Part shown: positions 16,173 through 20,000 of the stretch, piece after piece
Position numbering within the stretch: the stretch's first letter is position 1
How the letters are laid out: every line of letters begins with the position of its first letter
Source of the DNA: an uncultured virus (IMG/VR IMGVR_UViG_3300025413_000017)
Taxonomy: Duplodnaviria; Heunggongvirae; Uroviricota; Caudoviricetes
Direction: 5' to 3' (one strand)
IMG/VR virus record: IMGVR_UViG_3300025413_000017
Span: 54,654 to 74,653 of that record
DNA length: 20,000 nucleotides
The notes under the pieces: generated by a model
The model's database searches: none
What the model saw: only the letters and a program-made list of their open reading frames with translations
Told to the model about the DNA's origin: nothing
Translations under genes and position numbers: made by a program

Positions 16173-18599
16173 CTATTCTTTACCCAATAGCCTATTAACA
16201 ATGTCTGCACCAACTTGATTTTTTGTAGGTGCCTTAGGTGAAGGTGATGACTTGGCTCTTTCAATTTTTTCAGCACCGACTCTTGATTGTCTGTCTGCTT
16301 CAAAGCCTGCTAGCTTTTGGCGAAGTGCTTCACCAGTTGCCTTTATCTTGCCTACACCCTTAAGGAAACTAAAGGTAGGTGCATCACTTTCATTACCCCA
16401 TGCAACAGGGCGTAGTCTTGCGGTTACACCATTTCCTGCAGAAGTTCCATCAGCTAATCCACCTGTCATACCTTTTTGTGCATCAGTAGCATTGTACATA
16501 GGTGCCATTGTAGCAACAGGAAGTACACGACCACTACCGGCTTTTCCTTCTTGGCCTGGAACTACTTTAGCGTAGTTAGGGTTTGTCTTTTCTGAACCTG
16601 TTAAGTCACGAGGTCCGTTTTCTAGGATTTCCTTAACGTTTTCACCCTTACCACGGTTTCTTGCTACTTCATTTTCAAAGTGACCAAAGTCTGGAGTTGA
16701 AGGCCAAATTGTAAAGTTACTAACCTTACCAACACCGTGACTAGCTCCCATTTCAGTATTCATACCTGAACCAGATTGTGCAGATTCACGTCCTCTTTCA
16801 AAAGTTTCGATAGGCTTTCCACGACCTTCTTCTTCTCTCTTAAAAGCAGGAATACCTAGTTCTGGCACACCTTTTTCTGCAATTTGATTCATTACAGTTT
16901 CAATCTTGTCGTGATCTTCTTGAGGTAGAATGTGAACTCTGTGACTTGCAGCAAAAGTAGAACCTTCTTTTCTTCCACTAAGTTTTGGATAAAGACTTCC
17001 ATCAACACTCATTGCTGCTGTTTCTTGAATACCAATGTGACGGCCACCAAAAGCATCATCTGGTGAGTGAGTGCAACCTGGACTACCGTGGTGGGTGTGA
17101 CCAGTGCAAATCAATGGTGATGTTTCTGCATCTCCACCAAGTTGTGAACCACCAATACGACCCAAAGTAGCATCAATTACATTACCAGAAGAGTCATGCT
17201 TTGTAATCATTGCCCAACGGCCTGCTTTTGCTTCATCTTGCATTTCTGGGCGGTCTGCTCTTCTATCTGCATATTTAGCTGCAAGTGCTTTAGCAGTATC
17301 AGCCCCAAGTCCACTTGAAACTCTTGTAGTAGAAGTAGCACCTGGTACTGCATCATTGTGCATAGCAAAACCAAGTCTAACTTTTAGTCCTGCAATCTTT
17401 TCTTGAATTGAACCCTTTCTCTTCAAGTGCTTAGAACAAATGTCAAGGTGACCACGAACATCATCTGCTCTTTCACCCTCGTGAAGTGTTGCACCACACT
17501 CATCACACTTGGTGTCTTTTTTACCAGCGTGTGCTTCTACAGTTTTAGAAGACTTTCTTGGGATGAACTCACCACCAAGGGGACTGTGTCCAAATATAGT
17601 TTTGCAATCTTCACACCTAATAGGTGCTGGTCCTCCACGACTAGAGTGCATTTCTGCTCTACCACTACCACAATTTGGGCAGTTAAGAATACCTAACTCA
17701 GACTTGCAACCTGGGCAAATGTGGTTATTTTCATAATCAGGGTTATTTGCAGTGTCTGGGAAAGTTACATAGTTACTTGAGTCAGTCGGTTTTAAACATT
17801 CTTCACCTTCACCAAGATCCCCAAACCAGCCACACTTACCACTAAAGTTAGCAGTCTTAAGACTAGATTCTTTTAAATTATCAGTTTTAGAGGCAGTACG
17901 CCCATGTTCAGCACATCGGTCACTGTGGCTTTCTTGTACATCATTATTGCAACCAGGAGAAGAACATACAGAATATCTCTTGGTAGCATTAATAGCTGTA
18001 CGAAGAGCATCTTCATGGGCTTCATCACTATTAAAATGGTGGTGGCTTAACTCTACTTCATTAACCACTGCATCATTAAGTGGATAAAAGTTTTCATTTG
18101 GTCCCGTCTTAGCGTGACCACGAACTGCAGTTCTCCCATCTCCTGCAGTATATGTTAGCGTACCAATATGGGTTACTTTACCAATAGGTTCATGCAATCT
18201 ATAGGTACGAGATGAATAACTTTCTACACCAGGGCGGTCCTCAGAAAAACGATGCTCTGGAAGTTCTGTTGCTAATTCTTCAATACTAGATACTTTTAAA
18301 TTACCAGCTACATTGCACTGAGAGCAATTGGCGTGGCGAATCTTCCACTCTTCGTGAAGTGCTCTTACTAGTTTAAACTTGCTATCACTTACAGTTGCCA
18401 TCTTACGGCGAGCTGCACTCTCAATATCTGCTTCCATCATTTGGCAACGAAGTGCAAATTCTTTATCAGAGTGGGCAAGAAAAAGAAAATCTCCCGCCTT
18501 TGTTAGAACCTCATGCTTAGCGGTTACTAGATTCTTTCCGGCTGTCTTAGCATTGTAGACAGTATTAATTGAATCATCAAAATCAAAGACGGATGTCAT
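16173..18599 (-). CDS. Large multi-Zn-finger hypothetical protein (~808 aa), possible internal head protein
   Basis: Likely ATG 18599 (MTSVFDFDD) after ACAGGAG. Contains CSQC, CSSPGC...CAEH, CPGC, CPNC, CEDC, CDEC...CSKH and CTGH...CTH. Confidence 0.75.
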   Translation of the reverse strand: MTSVFDFDDSINTVYNAKTAGKNLVTAKHEVLTKAGDFLFLAHSDKEFALRCQMMEADIESAARRKMATVSDSKFKLVRALHEEWKIRHANCSQCNVAGNLKVSSIEELATELPEHRFSEDRPGVESYSSRTYRLHEPIGKVTHIGTLTYTAGDGRTAVRGHAKTGPNENFYPLNDAVVNEVELSHHHFNSDEAHEDALRTAINATKRYSVCSSPGCNNDVQESHSDRCAEHGRTASKTDNLKESSLKTANFSGKCGWFGDLGEGEECLKPTDSSNYVTFPDTANNPDYENNHICPGCKSELGILNCPNCGSGRAEMHSSRGGPAPIRCEDCKTIFGHSPLGGEFIPRKSSKTVEAHAGKKDTKCDECGATLHEGERADDVRGHLDICSKHLKRKGSIQEKIAGLKVRLGFAMHNDAVPGATSTTRVSSGLGADTAKALAAKYADRRADRPEMQDEAKAGRWAMITKHDSSGNVIDATLGRIGGSQLGGDAETSPLICTGHTHHGSPGCTHSPDDAFGGRHIGIQETAAMSVDGSLYPKLSGRKEGSTFAASHRVHILPQEDHDKIETVMNQIAEKGVPELGIPAFKREEEGRGKPIETFERGRESAQSGSGMNTEMGASHGVGKVSNFTIWPSTPDFGHFENEVARNRGKGENVKEILENGPRDLTGSEKTNPNYAKVVPGQEGKAGSGRVLPVATMAPMYNATDAQKGMTGGLADGTSAGNGVTARLRPVAWGNESDAPTFSFLKGVGKIKATGEALRQKLAGFEADRQSRVGAEKIERAKSSPSPKAPTKNQVGADIVNRLLGKE

Positions 18600-18715
18600 A
18601 TTGGGTCTGGCTCCTGTACTGTCCTCGGTATGAGGACGCTGAACTATACACATACTAAGTTTAAGAAACAGATTGTTTTAAATGTTTCTTTTCCAGATTT
18701 TTTAAGAATTAATAG

Positions 18716-18786
18716 TTCCGAAGCCTGGACTCGAACCAAGACTAAGAGATTCAAAGTCTCCTGTGCTGCCATTACACCACCTCGGA
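18716..18786 (-). tRNA. tRNA-Gln (anticodon TTG)
   Basis: TCCGAGG TG GTGT AATGGCA GCAC A GGAGA CT-TTG-AA TCTCT TAGT CTTGG TTCGAGT CCAGG CTTCGGA A. All four stems pair; U1-A72; CCA not encoded. Confidence 0.95.
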
Positions 18787-18787
18787 G

Positions 18788-18829
18788 TGGCTCCCCAGCC
18801 TGGACTCGAACCAGGAACCCGCTGATTAA
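18788..18829 (-). pseudogene. 3' half of an interrupted tRNA (probably Asn)
   Basis: TTAA TCAGC GGGTT CCTGG TTCGAGT CCAGG CTGGGGA G CCA. This gives the 3' anticodon strand, a perfect T-arm, the 3' acceptor strand, G73 and encoded CCA. It is complementary to the 5' half at 19452-19483. Confidence 0.9.
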
Positions 18830-18853
18830 ACGAATTACCATATGAGGAAATTG

Positions 18854-18925
18854 CTCCGCCCCCGGGACTCGAACCCAGATCTGACAAGTTAACAGCTTGT
18901 TGCATTGCCATTATGCTAGAGCGGA
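18854..18925 (-). tRNA. tRNA-Asn (anticodon GTT), intact, nested inside the interrupted tRNA
   Basis: TCCGCTC TA GCAT AATGGCA ATGC A ACAAG CT-GTT-AA CTTGT CAGAT CTGGG TTCGAGT CCCGG GGGCGGA G. All stems pair; U1-A72 and G73; followed by CAA rather than CCA. Confidence 0.95.
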
Positions 18926-19396
18926 AGGATTATTCTGTAAATACTTTTCTACAAATTCTTTTTTATTTTCGTACCACCCTAACTGTCTATTACAACTAGT
19001 ACAAAGTAAACCTCTAATTTTTCCTGTTTTATGGTCGTGGTCAATACTTAAATTTTTATGTACTGTAGAACCTATTTCTGATTTACAGATAGAACACTTT
19101 TTATCTTGAATTTTTAATAGTTTATAATAAATTTCTGGAGATTCATAGTTTATATTATTTTGTCTTAGTCTATCAACTATCCTTTTGCACTCATTACAAG
19201 AAAGTGAGTAATTTCTAGTTTCAGAGTTACACCATTTACAATTATAAATCTTAGGAGTACTTGGATTCCTTTTTACTCCTAGAGTAGAATGGCTTTGACA
19301 ACAGTATCTTTTGGACCCCTGCCTAATTTGGTAAGGGTACCTTAAAAAAGTATTATTGCAGCCCTCTAGTTCACAAACCCATAATGTAGATCTCAT
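18911..19396 (-). CDS. Endonuclease VII-family (His-Me finger) nuclease with N-terminal Zn fingers; putative free-standing homing endonuclease (~161 aa)
   Basis: The C-terminal QDKKCSIC...LSIDHDHKTGKIRGLLCTSCNRQLG is the EndoVII motif. The N-terminus has C-x4-C...CC-x2-H and CKWC...CNEC. ATG 19396 follows TAAGGT. The stop codon lies in the D-arm of the nested tRNA-Asn. Confidence 0.88.
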   Translation of the reverse strand: MRSTLWVCELEGCNNTFLRYPYQIRQGSKRYCCQSHSTLGVKRNPSTPKIYNCKWCNSETRNYSLSCNECKRIVDRLRQNNINYESPEIYYKLLKIQDKKCSICKSEIGSTVHKNLSIDHDHKTGKIRGLLCTSCNRQLGWYENKKEFVEKYLQNNPSALA

Positions 19397-19451
19397 ACTC
19401 AAACCTTAAATAGTAGATACCACTATAGTAGCTTTGACTTTGAGTTACATT

Positions 19452-19483
19452 GTCAGCTGCTCTGCCAATTGAGCTACCAGGGA
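19452..19483 (-). pseudogene. 5' half (nt 1-32) of an interrupted tRNA (probably Asn)
   Basis: TCCCTGG TA GCTC AATTGGCA GAGC A GCTGA C. This gives the acceptor 5' strand, a perfect D-arm, the 5' anticodon strand and C32, after which the sequence stops being tRNA-like. Confidence 0.9.
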
Positions 19484-19489
19484 ATAAAA

Positions 19490-20000
19490 CTATTTTCTGA
19501 TTACAAACAATAAGTCATCATATCGACCAAGATTTTCTCTTAGGTCAATACACTCTGTCTTATCTTTATACTCATCAGGAGTTGCATCTAGCAATATTGG
19601 GAACCAACTAGTGTCTTGAACGTCTTCTAGTACCATTACTCCACCTTCTTTTAGTTTAGGCAAGTAATATTCAATGCACTTTTTTAGAGTTTCAATAGTG
19701 TGAGGACCATCATCAATAATAATGTCATACTCACCCATTTGTTTTACAGCATCTGGGTTGTAGGCATCACAGATACCAATTCTTACTCTATCTAGGTCAC
19801 GATACTTGTGATTAATGTTATCAACAATGTCTAGGCCTGTAATCTGACCCTTAGTAAAATACTTACTCCATAGTGCAAGAGATGCCCCACCATAGATACC
19901 AATTTCTAGTAACTTAATTTCTTTGTCTTGGTATTTTTTAAACTCTTCATTATAGAATCCTTTAACAAAGTCATGTTCACCTTCGTAACCACCTTTATCG
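19490..20000 (-). CDS. Class I SAM-dependent methyltransferase, 5' end outside window
   Basis: The frame is open from the right edge: DKGG...H...Y...KLLEIGIYGGASLALWSKYF...ITGLDI...YDIIIDDGPH...LKEGGVMVLED. These are motif I and the DDGxH motif of sugar/small-molecule O-methyltransferases. The ORF track shows only the last 82 aa. Confidence 0.85.
   Translation of the reverse strand, partial: DKGGYEGEHDFVKGFYNEEFKKYQDKEIKLLEIGIYGGASLALWSKYFTKGQITGLDIVDNINHKYRDLDRVRIGICDAYNPDAVKQMGEYDIIIDDGPHTIETLKKCIEYYLPKLKEGGVMVLEDVQDTSWFPILLDATPDEYKDKTECIDLRENLGRYDDLLFVIRK

Larger units (their letters stand above)
18830..19451 (-). mobile_element. ~622 bp insertion in a tRNA anticodon loop: EndoVII-family nuclease plus a replacement tRNA-Asn (putative homing cassette)
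   Basis: Bounded by the two complementary tRNA halves. The nuclease ORF is markedly more AT-rich (hand counts of two 60-nt lines gave about 20-27% GC) than the capsid gene (about 47% in one counted line). Confidence 0.8.

Noticed and set aside
18621..18670. Small hairpin GTCCTC/GAGGAC and a TATAGT -10-like hexamer upstream of the 808-aa gene
   Set aside because: The stem is only 6 bp and there is no credible -35 or extended -10, so it is too weak to call.
18722..18813. 17-bp direct repeat AGCCTGGACTCGAACCA (18722-18738 and 18797-18813) as a CRISPR or mobile-element repeat
   Set aside because: Both copies are conserved tRNA T-arms; there is no spacer array.
18788..18829. attL/attR remnant of an integrase-mediated island
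   Set aside because: Integration normally restores the tRNA and duplicates its 3' end. Here the 5' half is not restored, the nested tRNA has a different sequence, and no integrase is visible.
18826..18832. Split tRNA being Lys (loop read as C-G-TTT-AA)
   Set aside because: This needs G33 instead of the near-invariant U33, and U1-A72 with G73 fits Asn better. It is not fully excluded without an empty-site allele.
18630..18911. Short ORFs 18630-18845(+), 18644-18841(-) and 18702-18911(-)
   Set aside because: They run across tRNA genes and are spurious.
938..19109. All + strand ORFs and short nested - strand ORFs in the ORF track
   Set aside because: They are shadows of longer, RBS-supported, tightly packed - strand genes and have no recognisable motifs.
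18911..19396. The nuclease as the phage's housekeeping Holliday-junction resolvase
   Set aside because: The catalytic domain is C-terminal behind Zn fingers (in T4 gp49 it is N-terminal), the gene is AT-rich, and it sits inside a broken tRNA. A homing role is more parsimonious, though untested.
18830..19451. Group I intron in the tRNA anticodon loop with an intron-encoded homing endonuclease
   Set aside because: Only about 55 nt lie before the ORF and about 24 nt after the nested tRNA, too little for a ribozyme core, and I see no P7-type conserved sequences. The 5' exon ends at C32, not U33. Splicing at the G before TTTAA would give a 6-nt loop or an A33 loop. An Infernal search would settle this.
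1..20000. Alternative genetic code (stop-codon reassignment)
   Set aside because: Genes are long and densely packed under the standard code, TAA, TAG and TGA all end genes at sensible boundaries, and no suppressor tRNA is present in the window.

Overview
This window is part of a large tailed-phage genome (roughly 40% GC by eye), with every supportable gene on the minus strand. In transcription order (right to left) it has: the 3' part of a class I SAM-dependent methyltransferase; a small tRNA cluster; large Cys/His-rich hypothetical proteins; small hypothetical or structural genes; a portal protein; two membrane proteins (DUF2746-like and DUF1003); a prohead protease; a Zn-ribbon protein; an acidic scaffold-like protein; a capsid decoration protein; the major capsid protein; then neck/tail/tail-fibre-like genes running off the left edge. 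From memory (not searched), the capsid closely resembles that of Bxz1/cluster C mycobacteriophage myoviruses. The standout observation is at 18788-19483. A resident tRNA with Asn-type identity elements is split in its anticodon loop into two cleanly complementary halves (19452-19483 and 18788-18829). The ~622 bp AT-rich insert between them encodes an Endonuclease VII-family (F-CphI-like) Zn-finger nuclease and a complete, sequence-divergent tRNA-Asn(GUU). The first 15 nt of that nested tRNA are also the last four codons plus the stop codon of the nuclease. This looks like a non-splicing homing cassette that destroys its tRNA target and carries a replacement. Family assignments come from recalled motifs; no database searches were run.
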